Shown: positions 34,765 to 48,800 of the stretch, piece by piece
How the letters are laid out: every line of letters starts with the position of its first letter
Numbering within the stretch: the stretch's first letter is position 1
Assembly (NCBI GenBank): GCA_020891255.1
Contig: BQFW01000008.1
Span: forward strand, 1,116,001 to 1,180,000
DNA from: Entomortierella parvispora E1425
Taxonomy: Eukaryota > Fungi > Mortierellomycota
DNA: 64,000 nt
Direction of reading: 5' to 3'
Program-made: the position numbers and the translations under genes
Notes under the pieces: model-generated
Database searches by the model: none
Seen by the model: only the letters and a program-made list of their open reading frames with translations
Told to the model about the DNA's origin: nothing

Positions 34765-37164
34765 CTATTGGGTAGTTTGGGTCGATTCAGGCGCTGCCTT
34801 GATGGTTCGCATTGTAGGGAACGCCAGAACGTCACGAATGTGTCCAGACCCTGTCAGGATCTGACACACACGGTCAACACCCATGCCCCACCCCGCCGTA
34901 GGAGGAAGACCGTATTCAAGAGCTGTACAGAATGCCTGATCCATGGGCTGTGCCTCTTCATCTCCGTTCTCCTTGTCGGTCTGTTGCTTGGTGAATCGGT
35001 CCCGTTGCTGTACTGGGTCGTTCAACTCTTCGTACGCGTTCACAATCTCTTTGCCTGCAACAAACAGCTCAAAACGGCCAGCTACCGTCCGTCCCTATGA
35101 AGAAAGGATATGCACGAAGTATATGAGTAAAAGAAGAAAGGAAAAAAGACCAGCTTTCCCGTAAAGAGACTTACAGAAGTCAGTTTGATATCTTTGGCCA
35201 AAGGACTCATGATGATAGGGTGGCCCCATAAAAAGGTAGGTTGCGTGCATTCTGGCTCAATGAAATGTGAGATCAACTTGTCCATGATACGAGGGATTGT
35301 ATGAGGAGTGGAGACAAAAACGCGGTTCTTCTTGCAGATTTCCAACAGCTCTTCCACTGGGTTGCCTATTTTGTATTGCAAAAGTACATGTCTTTATAAT
35401 CTGGCAGCAAGAATATGAGGAATTTGCTACCAGTTGTTTTTCTTTCAAAATCTTACCTTCAAGATCAGGAAGAGAACCTAGCTTCTCCTCCAAGCACTCC
35501 ATAATGTTGATTTTGCGGAAGGGTTTGGCGAATGAGAGTTCCACTGTCTCTGTCTCTGAGATTTTGTGCGACACTGTCGTTGATCCCACCACGTTTTGAG
35601 CAAGCTCTATAGTTCCGTAACGAAGATGAATGGTAAAGTTAGTCGTCATTATAATCAGACACTGCTGTTTCTCAACAGGTGAGGACAAAAAAAGGGGGCC
35701 AACATACCCTGAAGCATGTCCTCTGTAATTTCGAACAATCCATCTAGATTGGTATATGCTTGGTAAAACTCGCAGGTCGTGAACTCTGGGTTATGGTCTG
35801 CGTCGATTCCCTCATTTCTAAATTGTTTTCCCAATTCATACACACGGTCAACACCTCCGATCACCAATTGCTAGGGGAGATAACAAGGGAAAGATCGAAA
35901 TGAATGTGAGCCTACTGGGTTGAGTACGTGACGGGCTGTTCGTAGCGATAATGAGTGAAAACATCAGGGCGCACGCTTACCTTGAGATACAACTCTGGTG
36001 CGACACGCAGGTGCATCTCCATATCCAAAGCGTTTGCATGAGTCACGAATGGTTTCGCATTGGCGCCTCCTGCTTGGGTTGAAAGGATAGGGGTCTCCAC
36101 CTCCAAAAAGTTTCGGTTGTCCAGGAACTGACGAATGAATTTAATCACCTAAATCGAATGGAGTTCATCGCTGTCAGTTGGCAAATTCACTAAAGAAATG
36201 AGGCATCTTGATCAAGGGAAAAGAGGTCTTTCATGCAGCTTACATCACGTCTCTTTTTCAAGGTCTCGATGCTCTCGCGGTTCACCAGGAAATCGAGATG
36301 TCTTCTCCTGAATCTCTTTTCGGGATCTCTCAATCCAGAACGCGTAGGGATCGCATGAAGGCAAGGGGCGAGAAGATCATAGCTGTCCGTGATGAATACG
36401 CTCAGTTGGCCAGTTTTGGTTCTACCGACATATCCAGTTAGTTCTATAAAAAGGAAGATGTAGCAATAAAAATGTCGAGAAATTCGAAATTAATTGAGTT
36501 GGCAAGACCCGTCAATGTTGAATGGATCATTTCGAACGGGTACATACGAACAATATCTCCACGGTGGATATTCTTTGCAAGCTTTTCAAACTCTTCATCG
36601 GATCCTGTAAAAGCTCGGCGGTTGAATACTGCCTGGATAACACGGTCGTCCTGAATCAGATCAAGCCAAACCAACTTTGAGCTAGAGTCTCGTTTTGAAT
36701 GGATTCGTCCTACAAAGAACCGGCAAAGGAGGATCGTCAGACATTGTTTGTATAGGCAGTCCCTATGTTTTAAGCAGGAATATCCCTTCTTCTGCTTCTG
36801 TGCGATCAACCCCGTGAGGAGACCTACCTGATAGAGTGACCTTCTTCGATTCATCTTTGGTCCCGTTCTCAATCTTTCCTTCGTATTCCGCAAGAATGTG
36901 CTTAATCTCCGTTACTGGTACTTTGGGTGCCACATAGCGAGGATAAGCGGGGATGTCAGCCTGTCTCAACTCTTCCAATCGAACCGCTGGTGGAACCGTT
37001 GCTGGGATGACCGTTGGTGTTTTTACCGTGGAGAACAGGCGCGGGTGGGGACGGAAGGAAGCAAGGGCATGGGATCCAGCAATCCGCTCGACATGTCGAG
37101 TCCCAGAGATCAGCTGAGGACTCCGAAGGTTAGCAATGCGCCGTAATGAAGCCGAGGCGGACAT
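34765..37164 (-). CDS. MSK1: Lysyl-tRNA synthetase class II, probably mitochondrial
   Basis: Eight in-phase exons. Arg/Ser-rich presequence, OB-fold (GRIHSKR, IHRGDIV), and [71 protein letters not shown]. Confidence 0.92.
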
Positions 37165-37336
37165 GGTCAATGAAGGCAAAGATGAGGGTCGGGTCAGAGG
37201 ATGCAAGCAAAAAAAGGACGATCGAATCCGAACACCCCTGAGCTTGCGGCCATTTTTTTTAGAAATGGTGGCGTTATTTTTATCCGATTAAAGTTTTATT
37301 CTGATAAAAATTTTATTCTCTATTTTTTGGGGGAGT

Positions 37337-37973
37337 TTAGATCAGGATCATCACCCCCCACGTTGCCACCAAGCGCCACGCCGTTGCAAGGACTGCTGCC
37401 AGCAGAGGTGGTCCATTTAGGCTGCGGTCCCAGGTCACTCCTCGACTTGCTTCAGAGGGTTTCCTTCCTGCCATGACTCTGGGTCCATGGTAGGTTTGTG
37501 ATAGACTCGCCTGCGTGCCGGTTTTGGAAGACGCCTTGACGACAGACATGGCTTCTGTACCTCCTGATCCACCTGCAGGTTGATGCATGTCACCGCCACC
37601 ATTGTTGGCCCCGATGGATGTACTACCTGCTCCAGAGACAGATCCTGATACGTCCAGTTCACCATTGACGCGTTTCGAGTGCGTGCGGCGTAGTCCTTGT
37701 GTTGTCGGGGGCAGATCAGTGGATGCTATTGTCGGATCGTTGTTCTAGTTATCAAGAACACAAGGGAGATGTAAGGTCTTTAGAACCTTGCTTTGCAAGC
37801 CATGCCTCCTTTTCGCTCTGGATTCTTATGAGCAACAGTCTTTGTTACATGAGAGATGGTTCCATTGACCTGGTCGAAAGACTGGACAGCAGCTCCTGGA
37901 GTGAGCTCTGACAGAGCAACATTCGCCAGGACAAGGGCAAAGCCGACCAAACACAAAAGCGCAAAAGATTCAT
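37337..37973 (-). pseudogene. Probable secreted/GPI-anchored Ser/Gly-rich protein with a 1-nt frameshift just after the ATG (pseudogene or sequencing indel)
   Basis: ATG at 37973-37971 is followed by AA and then TCT TTT GCG CTT (SFALLCLVGFALVLANVALS) in another frame. A phase-0 intron 37848-37745 (GTAACA..CTAG) joins a 408-nt exon ending in a hydrophobic tail and TAA at 37339-37337. Confidence 0.55.
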
Positions 37974-38481
37974 GGAAAGCAGGGGGAGGGACAGGAGAAG
38001 ATGAAAACTGGATACGTCGCGAACCAGAAAGTTCCTGGCGAAGAGAGATGGAAACAATAAGTAGGGTCGAGCGAAACAGAGTGGGAGAGAAAGAGAGAGA
38101 GAGAGAAAAAGATGGAGGGACAGACAGTAAAGTACGCTGAACGAGTCAACCCCACACTAAAGAAAACTAGACACAGAGAGCTACCGGGTAGCTCAAGGTA
38201 CAGAACCATGCAACTGGGCTCTCCTGAACAGCAACTTCAGACTCTAGTAACTTCGGTTGCCCTTTTGGCGCCCTTTTTTTTTTTTTTTTTTTTTTTTTTA
38301 TTTCTTTTCACTTTTCATTTCCCCCCTTTCACTTCCTGAGCCGAAACGGAGACAGGAGTAGCTGGTTCAGCAAATCCATTGATGCAGGGAAATAGGAAAA
38401 TCGATGCATGGAGCACAGCGCCTTTTTTTATTGATTGACAAGGAGAATTTTTTTGTACAGTACATCGGGGGGCCTGGAGGT

Positions 38482-41363
38482 CTACTCATTCTTCCATCCT
38501 AGCTCTATTTCTGCGGTACCGAGTTTTTCATCCATTCTAGAGTCGACAAGCTGCCGGACAGGTAAATCATAGCCCAAAGGAACCAGCCTTGGCCAATTCA
38601 CGTAGTAAATACCATTCATCAAAATGAACCGCGCCACATATGCCATCACTGCTATCCAAAAAGTCATGAACAACATGACGTGTGTACTCCAGATTGTTTC
38701 TGGAAGAATGAGAGCAGATACGAGCATCGCAAAGCCGACCAACAAAAGCAACGGAAGCAGCTTGAGGTGTACTGGACGGGTATCATTAAATGGGTGGGAC
38801 GAAGCGTCTTGTATATCGTATACTAGGAACAGATCGTATGCGTCCTAGAGAAGGAGATACGAGGTAAAGTGAGCCACAAGAGCTTGAATGGCCTTTTCTT
38901 GATAGACGCCAGCGTAGTGCCTGATCTTACCTGTCGTGCTCCATCCAAGAAGTTATTCTTGATATATCTAACAATTGAGTTTTGTAGATCCTGTAAAGCG
39001 CCTGCTTTTGTTCGTTTTCCAGTCCTAGAAAATATTTCGTCCGAGTTATTACACCAACAAAAAAAAAAAAAAAAAAAAGATACGAGAAAACGTCATTGTT
39101 CTAAGCAAGTGGCAAGAAACGTACCTTGTAAAGTCTGTCTTGAGCGCCCCTGTACCAGAATAGGCACAGCTAACGATATCCGCATTGTCGGCCCAGATAT
39201 TCCGGAAGAGCGACTCGAACTGCTCGGAAGATTCGAATTGCTCATTTGGGGCCAATATTTGAAGATCCTGCAGTTGTCGATTCAGAACCCATTTTGAAAT
39301 TTCTGATTGAACAACATTTGTCCGATCTAGGCAATCCATGCAATTTGTACGCACAACTGAAGTTTGCATCAAGTATGTGCTCTGGCGTCCATCTTTTGAG
39401 ATTTCTGTTTTGAAATACCTAGAAATTGAAATGCAACAAGTGATATTAGTGGCCGTATCTATGGCCTTGTAGCACTCCACGCGAATAAAGAAAGGCTCCA
39501 CGTACCCTTGTGATACAAGATCTTGTCGGAAATAGTCCAGCAAAAGAGAAACCCGTTGCCACCTCATTTTACTGCACTCTTGATGAAAATCAAAGTGGTG
39601 GTATTTGATGAGGGGATCACCCAGAATTGCAATCTGTTTTGAGAATGCTGCGCCCATAGGACCCTCATAGCCTTTCTTGTTGATAAGATTGATAACAAGT
39701 TGAGGTCCATAGTAACGTTTTTGTGTCTCGAAATGTCTCCGGAACGCAGTCTCCTGAAATTGTGAGAAGGGAGTATCTGGCTTAGTACATTGACAATATT
39801 GATTGAAACCAGAATTCAATGAAACGGCTACTCACCGTCTGTGGATCATCAAAGATTTGAAGCTTTGGGGTATACTTGATGTTGTTGATTTGAGCCCAAA
39901 AGATGGGAATGGATCCTCGCGTTTGAACATGCGATAGCATAGTGAAGTTTCCTGGGATAGTGGGTACATGTGACTGATGCGACTGGTCCGACACGATAAT
40001 TTGCTCCGTCTCGTTGAAATTGGAAACGTTCCCTTGAGCATCTATTCCACGTGAAAAGTAACGAGTTCCTGCACGATGGCGAGATCGGCGAGAGAAGAGC
40101 GCAAAGGTAAATGTCCTTTTGTTGATCTCTGCCGTTTTGATTTCTGCAAATCCATTGACAATCGGCAGGATAAAGTTGCTTAACTGTGATTTAATAGAGA
40201 GGATATTAGTCTCAAGTTTCCTTTACGTTAGGATTCCACAAATTAGCATAGAGTTCATTGTTCCTTACATCCTGGTCATGGAAGTGGTTGCTATGGTCGA
40301 TGAACTTTGATTGAAGACGCATGTTCCAGAAAAATCGCTCGTCCGCCTAACAGAGGTGTCACATTAGCGTCGAGTACAGTAGCAGCAACGGCAATAATGG
40401 TCCTTTCGAAATGATTCCAGGTATGAATCCTAAACACTTACCCGTCTCCACATGGGCTGCGTACTCGTTCTCAGAGCAGATTGTCGCTGAAGTGTATGTG
40501 TCATCTCGTAAGTGTATGAAAAATGAAATTCTCCAGACTGCAGGTGAGAGTGCAGCAGGTTGATGTAGGTCGCCTCGTCGTTGGTCTACAAAGGTGTTTC
40601 AAAATATAGAATGAGATTGATCAAAACAATGCTCGGATACTCAAAAATGATAATAGGAAAAAAAAAAAAAAAAAAAGAGCAGCATTGAAGCTACCTGAGC
40701 TTCAGACAGGGCCAAGTTATTCCTAGACAGAGGGAGGACTTTGTAATCCTTGAGCCTGAAGATGTCGTGTTCTCCGATTCGACCAATCTTTGTCCTGTCC
40801 GTGATCACGACCATGTATTCACCTAGAAGGAAGAAGAAGGATACATTCCAGTCAGCAACGAAGAAGGGGGGTTCATGTGCACGAGATCCAGGCACCAAAC
40901 AAAATTTATAAAAAGCATACCCGCCAAAAGACGTATAAAGCCTACGATGCCATAGATCATCATGACCTCTTCGTCAGCCGAGATCCGTCCGGCGGGGGCT
41001 AATATTTAAGGGATCGGTCCAAGGAAGGGAGGTCAGTGTGCCTGTTCCAGCCGAGAAGGAGAGATGTGATCAATGAAAGAGGGCAGCTCGGCATGATGAG
41101 GAGATATGGTACCGTTCAAGCGAACCTCGCCAGTGGAGCGTTGGATGACGATGTTTTCTGTGATGACCGAGGGATCATTGTAGACTGGCTCGAGTGTGAA
41201 GGCATCCTGACTCGTGTAGCTAGTATGGACGGGACAGTAAAGGGAAGGTGAAGGAGAATTAGCGAGATGAGAAACGCGTGCTCGGACAATCGAATGGGAG
41301 CAAATGTGAAGTTCCCTTTGGTGGCATTTACAGTCTGAGTGAGTTGTGGATGGGCATCAACAT
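38482..41363 (-). CDS. SAC1: Phosphoinositide phosphatase SAC1
   Basis: Multi-exon gene. Motifs [60 protein letters not shown], catalytic [28 protein letters not shown], and two C-terminal TM helices. Confidence 0.96.
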
Positions 41364-41909
41364 GAGGCAGAGAGACAGAAGGGTAGGCAGACAGACAAGG
41401 CGACAGAGAGAAGAAGAAGAAGAAGAAGAAAAGTCGGACAAGCAAGCAAGCAAGCAAGCAAACAGGGGAATGAATGAACAAAGATGGTTGAACAAAGAAA
41501 GCAGGCGAAAGAAGAGCACGTGATCGTGACTTGACTTGATGTAAAATATCTTTCGTATAAAAAAGGGTCTTCCCTCCCCACGGGCCTCTTTCGGTGCGCG
41601 TCTCCCTGTGTTAATGCATGTGCATTAAGAGAGGGCACGGTCGCACCATGGCCTCTGTTGGTTCCTGTTGTCGCTCGCTCTGTCCGTCTCTGCCCTATCG
41701 CACTGACCTTCGTCTTCCTTCTTCTCAATCCATCCATTACTCCCCACTCTTCTCTTCCCTTTCCTTCCTCTCCCTCAATGACTCTTTGAGGCTGTCGTCT
41801 CCCTCCATTCCGTCATTCCGTTTAACTTATTGTCTCGTTCTCTTCTTCACATCAACCCTACTTCACGCGTTACATCCTTACATTCCTACTTTCACACACT
41901 CTTTACACC

Positions 41910-44900
41910 ATGCCTCTCGCTCTTTCCTCTATGGCTCGCTCGGCCTTGAGGCCAGCCCTGACCCGTCCCTCGGCGTCGCTGCTGGTGCGCTCCTCCTTTG
42001 CTCGGATGCCCGTCCCTGTCGCCACCGTCATGGCCATCCGCAAGGCTTCAACTACGACTGCCTCCAAGGAAGACCAGCCCGCGGCCAAGGATGCTTTCCT
42101 TCAGGGCAACTCCGCCAACTATGTCGAAGAGATGTATGCTGCCTGGCTTCGGGACCCAACCTCGGTCCATATCTCGTGGCAGATCTACTTCCGCAACCAG
42201 ACCAACGGCATGTCCTCCTCTCAGTCTTTCCAAGCTGCCCCCACCATCCCCACGAGCGGTGGCGTGCCCTCGTTGGTGCCTGGCTCCCAAGCTGGCTCTT
42301 CGGACGTCATTGACCATCTCAAGATCCAGCTCCTGGTCCGTGCTTACCAGGCCCGTGGCCACCATGTAGCCCGTCTGGATCCCCTTGGGCTCAATGAAGG
42401 AGATCTGGCTGGCATCTCTCCTCGCGAGCTGGACATTACTCACTACGGATTCAGCGAGAAGGATCTTGACCGCACCTTTTCCCTTGGACCCGGTATCCTC
42501 CCCGGTTTCTTGGATACAGGCAGCAATCAGACTCTGCGGGAGATTATTGACCACCTGAAGAAGATCTACTGTAAGTGTAGCCACTGTGTTTTAGGATTGT
42601 CGCCCACATCATCATGATGATAGCACGTTTCTAAGATAGCACGATTCAAACTGCCCTGGGAAACAACAAAGCTTTGCTCTTGGATGAACGATAAAAAAGA
42701 GAAACAGAACAATGAGGTCATCCACCGCGTCGCATGTATCTGTGAACCGGATCCTGCCTCGCTTTGACCTTTTCTCTCTCTCCCCCTCTCTGGTGCTCAG
42801 AGCTGGGAATATGCCATGTCCGCAACCTGTCTTCCCGCCAGACACACCTTTGAGCACCTGGGCTGGGATTGATAATCTACACGTGGACAGCAGAGGTGCA
42901 TATCGATAGACTCGTATATCTGATCATTGATGTCTTTTTTACGTGCCCATCCTAGGCGGCTCTATCGGTGTCGAGTACATTCATATCCCCGACCGTGATC
43001 GCTGCGACTGGATCCGTCAACGTGTAGAAGTGCCCAAACCTTACCAGTACACCATTGAAGAGAAGACCATGATCTTGGATCGTATGATCTGGTCCGACTC
43101 GTTCGAGCGCTTTGTCGCCTCAAAATACCCCAGTGAGAAGCGTTTCGGACTCGAGGGTGGCGAGAGTTTGATTCCCGGCATGAAGGCACTGGTAAGCAAC
43201 AGCTTTGTACTCTTGTTCAGCTCTCCCTTCGTCATGGATCGCCGTGTCATTAACAAAGCGGCTGGCTTCATCTAGATTGATCGCTCTGTTGAGCACGGTG
43301 TCGAGTCCATTGTCATGGGTATGCCCCATCGTGGTCGCTTGAACGTTCTCTCAAACGTGGTCCGCAAGCCCCATGAGTCTATCTTTTCCGAGTTCAGCGG
43401 CAACTCTGCTCAGGATGGATTCTCGGGAGATGTAAAGTACCATTTGGGTATGAACTATGAGCGCCCCACTCCTTCAGGCAAGCCCGTTCACCTCTCCTTG
43501 GTCGCCAACCCTTCGCATTTGGAGGCGGCCGATGGTGTCGTTCTCGGAAAGACCCACGCCATACAACATTACATGGATGATAAGGAACGTACGCGCTCTC
43601 TCGCCCTCTTGTTGCACGGTGATGCTGCTTTTGCTGGACAGGGCGTCGTCTACGAGACTCTTGGGTTCATGGATTTGCCTGCCTACTCGACTGGAGGCAC
43701 CATCCATATTGTCGTCAACAACCAGATTGGATTCACCACCGACCCACGCTTCGCTCGCTCCACTGCTTACTGTACCGACATTGCAAAGTCTATCAACGCT
43801 CCCATCTTCCACGTCAATGCCGATGATGTGGAGGCCGTCAACTATGTCCATCAATTGGCTGCTGACTGGCGCAAGGCATTCCACACCGACTGCGTTATTG
43901 ACCTTGTCTGTTATAGACGTCACGGACACAATGAAACCGATCAACCCAGCTTCACTCAGCCTATCATGTACAAGGCCATCAGCCACCAAACCCCCGCCTT
44001 GGAGAAGTATATCGACCAGCTCGTCAAGGAGGGCTCCTTCAAGATTGAGGAGATTGAGGAGATGAAGAAGCGTGTTTGGAACATCTTGGAAGAGAACTAT
44101 GACAAGAGCAAAGACTACAAGCCCAAGAGTAAGGAGTGGATGACTAGTTCTTGGCACGGATTCAAGTCCCCTGCCGAGCTCGCCTCTGAGATTCTCCCCA
44201 GTTTTCCCACCGGCGCTGCCGTAGAGACTTTGAAGCACATTGGTGAGACCATCAGCTCTACTCCACCAGGTTTCAAGATTCACTCCAACTTGGGGCGTAT
44301 CATGAAGGCCCGTGCCAAGACTATCGAGACTGGAGCCAACATTGACTGGGCCACTGCCGAGGGTCTTGCCTTCGGTACTCTTCTCCAGGAGGGCAAGCAT
44401 GTCCGCTTGGCAGGTCAGGATGTTGAGCGTGGAACTTTCTCTCACCGTCATGCGGTCCTCCACGATCAAGAGACTGACAGTCTTTACACTCCCTTGAAGA
44501 ACTTGGGCCATGGTCAAGCATCCTTCTCGGTCAACAACTCTTCGCTCTCAGAGTTTGGTGCTCTTGGATTCGAACTCGGATACTCTCTTGTCAACCCCAA
44601 CTCTTTGATTCTCTGGGAGGCCCAATTCGGAGACTTTGCTAACAACGCTCAGTGCATCATTGACCAGTTTATTGTTTCTGGAGAGACCAAGTGGCTCCAG
44701 CGCTCAGGATTGACCATGTTGTTGCCTCATGGTTATGATGGTCAAGGACCCGAGCACTCTAGTGCCCGTATCGAGCGTTATCTTCAGATGTGCGATGACA
44801 ACCCCAACTACTACCCCTCGGAGGAGAAGCTGTCGCGTCAGCACCAGGACTGCAACATGCAGGTGGTGTACTGCTCCACTCCTGCCAACTATTTCCACGC

Positions 44901-45489
44901 GCTCCGTCGTCAGATCCACAGAGATTACCGCAAGCCCTTGATTGTTTTCAACTCGAAATTGCTCCTGCGTCACCCCATGGCCCGCTCAACCTTGGAGGAA
45001 ATGTCGGGCAATTCTCGATTCCAGCGGTTCATTCCCGAGGCGGATTCGGACAAGTTGGTGAGCGACGACAAGATCACAAAGCACATTCTGTGCTCGGGTC
45101 AGGTCTACTATGCTTTGGTGAAGGCGCGTGAGCAAAACAAGATTGACAACATTGCAATCTCGCGTGTGGAGCAATTGAACCCCTTCCCCTATGATCGCAT
45201 CAAGGAGTTCACGGACAAGTACCCCAACTCTGAGATTGTCTGGTGCCAGGAGGAGCCCTTGAACATGGGCGCATGGGCTCATGTGGCACCCAGGATCCAG
45301 ACTGCGTTGAAGCAGACGGCCAATCATGCCAACAAGGAGGTGCGCTACGCTGGCCGTGAACCCTCGGCCTCGGTTGCTACCGGCAACAAGAAGGTTCATT
45401 TGGCAGAGGAATATGCTTTCTTGGCCGAGGCCCTGACGGGCGAGGCTTCCAAGCCCAAGGATGTTGTGGGAGGTGTTCCCGTCTTTTAA
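41910..45489 (+). CDS. KGD1: 2-oxoglutarate dehydrogenase E1, mitochondrial
   Basis: Exons 41910-42570, 42956-43191 and 43276-45489. Presequence, plus [53 protein letters not shown] and [10 protein letters not shown]. Confidence 0.98.
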
Positions 45490-45864
45490 AGACTGAAAAA
45501 AAAAAAGTAAGAATCAAAACAAGGTAAAAGCAACCCTTGCCCGACTTGATTCTTTTTTGTTACCCTAATCCCCTCGCTCCTCCAAAGAAATAAAGAATCA
45601 TATACAATCATTGATTGCCCTCTCTCTCTGCCCACAAATGCTGCCAGTTTTTTTTTCCTATTTTCCAACCCAAGTGCCAAACAGCCAAGGAAGTTCGTTG
45701 TTGAATCATGATATGTAAGGTTATTGTGTGATGGATGTAAATAGAAGCTGTTGTGAGAAACAACGTGAAGGAAGCAAGCAGGGTTTGCTATAAATTCTAA
45801 GAAAAAAAATGACAGAAGGGGCATGGAGAGAAGGGAGGGAGAGGAGTTTTAAGCATTTAAGCAT

Positions 45865-48800
45865 TTAAGCATCGGCATCGTCTTCTTGAATGATCCTCAA
45901 AAAGACCTCTTCCAACGAGGTCTGGCTGAGACCCCAATCGTCAATGCCATGTTCGTGTTTATGGGCCTCAATGTCCTCAAAGAGATGCTGGATCAATCCA
46001 GGGGTGGTCTCAAATTCCCAGGATTCCGAGGTCACAAAGGCATCCAAACGCTTGGCGCTTGCGGGCAAGAGCGAGGCAATGTAACGCGAAGCCCGATCGA
46101 CGTTTTCGGGCTTGGCGGCGAAGGTGATCTTGAAACCACGGCCGTAGAGTTCCTTGAGACGGATCTGGCCACCGATACAACGGAGGGTACCCTTGGCCAT
46201 GATACCGATACGGGCACAAAGAATCTCGGCTTCTTCCATGGAATGGGTGGTGAGGACGATGGTACGGCCTTGCTTTGCGTTGGAGATGATGTCCCAGATC
46301 AACCGACGGACAGAGATGTCCAGACCGGTCGTGGGCTCGTCCAAAAAGACAATACCGGGGTTTCCGACCAACGCAATCGCAATCGACAGACGACGCTTCT
46401 CGCCTCCACTCAGTCCCTTGGTCAATCTGTTCTCGAATGGCACCAAGGACACAGCGTTCAAAGAAGCCAGGACTGCAGATCTTTCCTCTGCTACGGTGAC
46501 ACCCTTGAGACGGGCATAGAAGTAAAGATGTTCGCCAACAGTCTATTCATACAGAAAAGACAAAAAGAGTCCCAGTCAGTCAAACCTCCATCTTGATCTC
46601 TAGCCAAATTTCGCCCACAACTCTGGGAAGGGGAGAGAACAGCTCCTGCCCGACTTACCAAATCGTCCCAAAGAATATCGTGCTGAGGACAGACTCCAAT
46701 GTTCCTGTAAACATCCTTGATCTCTGTATCCAACTCGAAACCGGCCAAACGAGCCCAGCCCTGAGTGGGTTCATACAAACCCGTCAAGATATGGATCAAC
46801 GAAGTCTTGCCAGCACCGTTGGGGCCCAACAATCCAAAAATGGTATCCTTCTCCACGGCAAAGGTCACGTTCTTGACCGCCAACTTTTGGTTGGTGGGGT
46901 AGACCTTGCGCATGTTCTTCATGACCAAGGGGGAATCGGAAGCAAAGTCGTTGTGGAGAACGCGAGCACGCTCCTGCTTCACATCCGCGTCCTCGAACTG
47001 AACCTCCTCGGGGTCCAAGGGGATCTCTCCCTGAATCCAATCCCGGGCGGTCTGACGGTGCTTGTGTTCTCCCGATCCTTGTTCTTCCAGATCCAAGATG
47101 GTCGTGGGGGCCTCGGCCTTCTTTTTGCCAAAGAAATACTTGTAAGGGGTCGAGACAATGAAATGCCAGGGTTGACGGACACCAAACTCGGTGGGCAGGA
47201 CCTCGGTGAGGTAAAAAGCCAAGCCCAAAAACACAAAGGTCTCGATGATCAACGCAATCATGACCTCAAAGACTTCATCCGATCCATGCAAATCCGAGAG
47301 TCTATAAGGCTGGTACGAGGAATCGTAACTGGATCGGTTGATGACCGACAGAGCTCTGTAGAACGCAAAGGCGGGCCAGACAAAGTAGCCGATGGGGGCT
47401 GGGTTCGTGCCGAAAATGGTTTCCGTCGTCAAGGCCACAATGACACCACAGAGGACGAGCAAGAACACAATGACGAGTGCTGTGCGGGACTTGCTAAAGA
47501 AGCAAGACAGGAAGAAGGCCAGAGCGATCTGGACATGTCCCCAGAAAAAGAACAGGAGGATAAAGACGCCGGGTTGGACTTTGGTGAAGAAAGGCATCTG
47601 GAAGGCTACTCCTGCAAGGATGAACATGGTGGACGAGATGATGTGGAGGATATAAAAGTGAATGTAGTGCGCAATGTAGTACGTGATCGACTTGAGTCCA
47701 CTCTGTATGACAAGATAAGAAGAAGAAAATACGCGTTGAGTGACAGACAAGAAGAAAGCAGGGATCGTGCGGAGCAAAACATCTCCCTGTGGATTATAGG
47801 TGAACGCGTTGCTATCATTACCATGCGCATCATGACCAAAATACGGTCTTCCTTCTCTTTGACAAGGGTAATGACAAAGATGGGAAGCAAGAAGGACACT
47901 CCGAATGGATACAAAACTCTTCCAACCATGGATGCGATAGGGATGTCGGCCGTGGTGGAGTAGAGCTGAGGCATACCACGGAATCCATGAGTGATTCGGG
48001 TAGTGTTGGCAGTAGGTGAAGTTTTCACTAAGGGAAAGAAAGGAAGGGAGAAGAGAATGTCAGTCAGAGAACGCGTCAAAGATTTAAAAGAAAAAAAAAA
48101 AAAAAAAGATGATGATGATGATGAAATAAAATCCGCTTACAGATGGCATTGGAAAGAGCCGTGTGCTGCTCCATGAGACGAAGACCGCGATTAGGGTAGT
48201 TGGCAGCCTGGGCCAGACGAATATCCGTTCCGATCTGGAGCGTGTAGTCAAACTTGCGGGCTACGGTATCGATCGCGTTGAAGATCACAGCCCCAATGGG
48301 CATCTGCTGGATCAAGGATCCAATCGCAGAGTAGTATTCGACGAGCTCCTCGGCTGTAGGGTTCTCGGCCTCGAGCGCAGTCTTGTTGACTAGAGCCAAT
48401 CCCGCAACCAGGTTGCCAATCTCTTGCGTCAGCGCGTCGTCGACATTGCTCTCGGTTCCGGCCACAGTCTGATAGTAAGGCACGGCTTGGAAGTTGGTGA
48501 CGGAGGGAAGACCGGTGGTATCATTGGTTGTAATGTTGGCGTAGTAACGTGTATCCATTTCTCCCAACAATCCGGTTCCAAAAGGAAGTCCAGACAAGTT
48601 TCCGGTCTTGGCATCGATCAGGGGCTGTTGAGGTCTCGATCCCGACAATTGACCGGTCGTCTCATCGGCTGTCAAGACCCAAGGGTAAAATTGCTCTGTC
48701 GTCAGCTCCACAGGAGCCGCAATCTCAAGGGGGCCGAGCCAACCTCCCACGGGCTGAGGCTTATAAGTGCTGTCGAGATCAGCGCCAGGGGTGGTAATGT

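Noticed and set aside
42606-42933. Box C (ATGATGA 42614-42620) and box D (CTGA 42920-42923) with a 6-bp flanking stem in KGD1 intron 1
   Set aside because: The roughly 310-nt spacing is too long for a typical C/D snoRNA, I recognise no rRNA-antisense element or U3 features, and such short motifs arise by chance. An Infernal/Rfam scan would settle it.
43474-47963. Long antisense ORFs over KGD1 (347 aa) and the ABC transporter (236 and 456 aa)
   Set aside because: They mirror the codons of strongly C/G-ending sense genes and show no protein motifs. This is a common by-product of codon bias.
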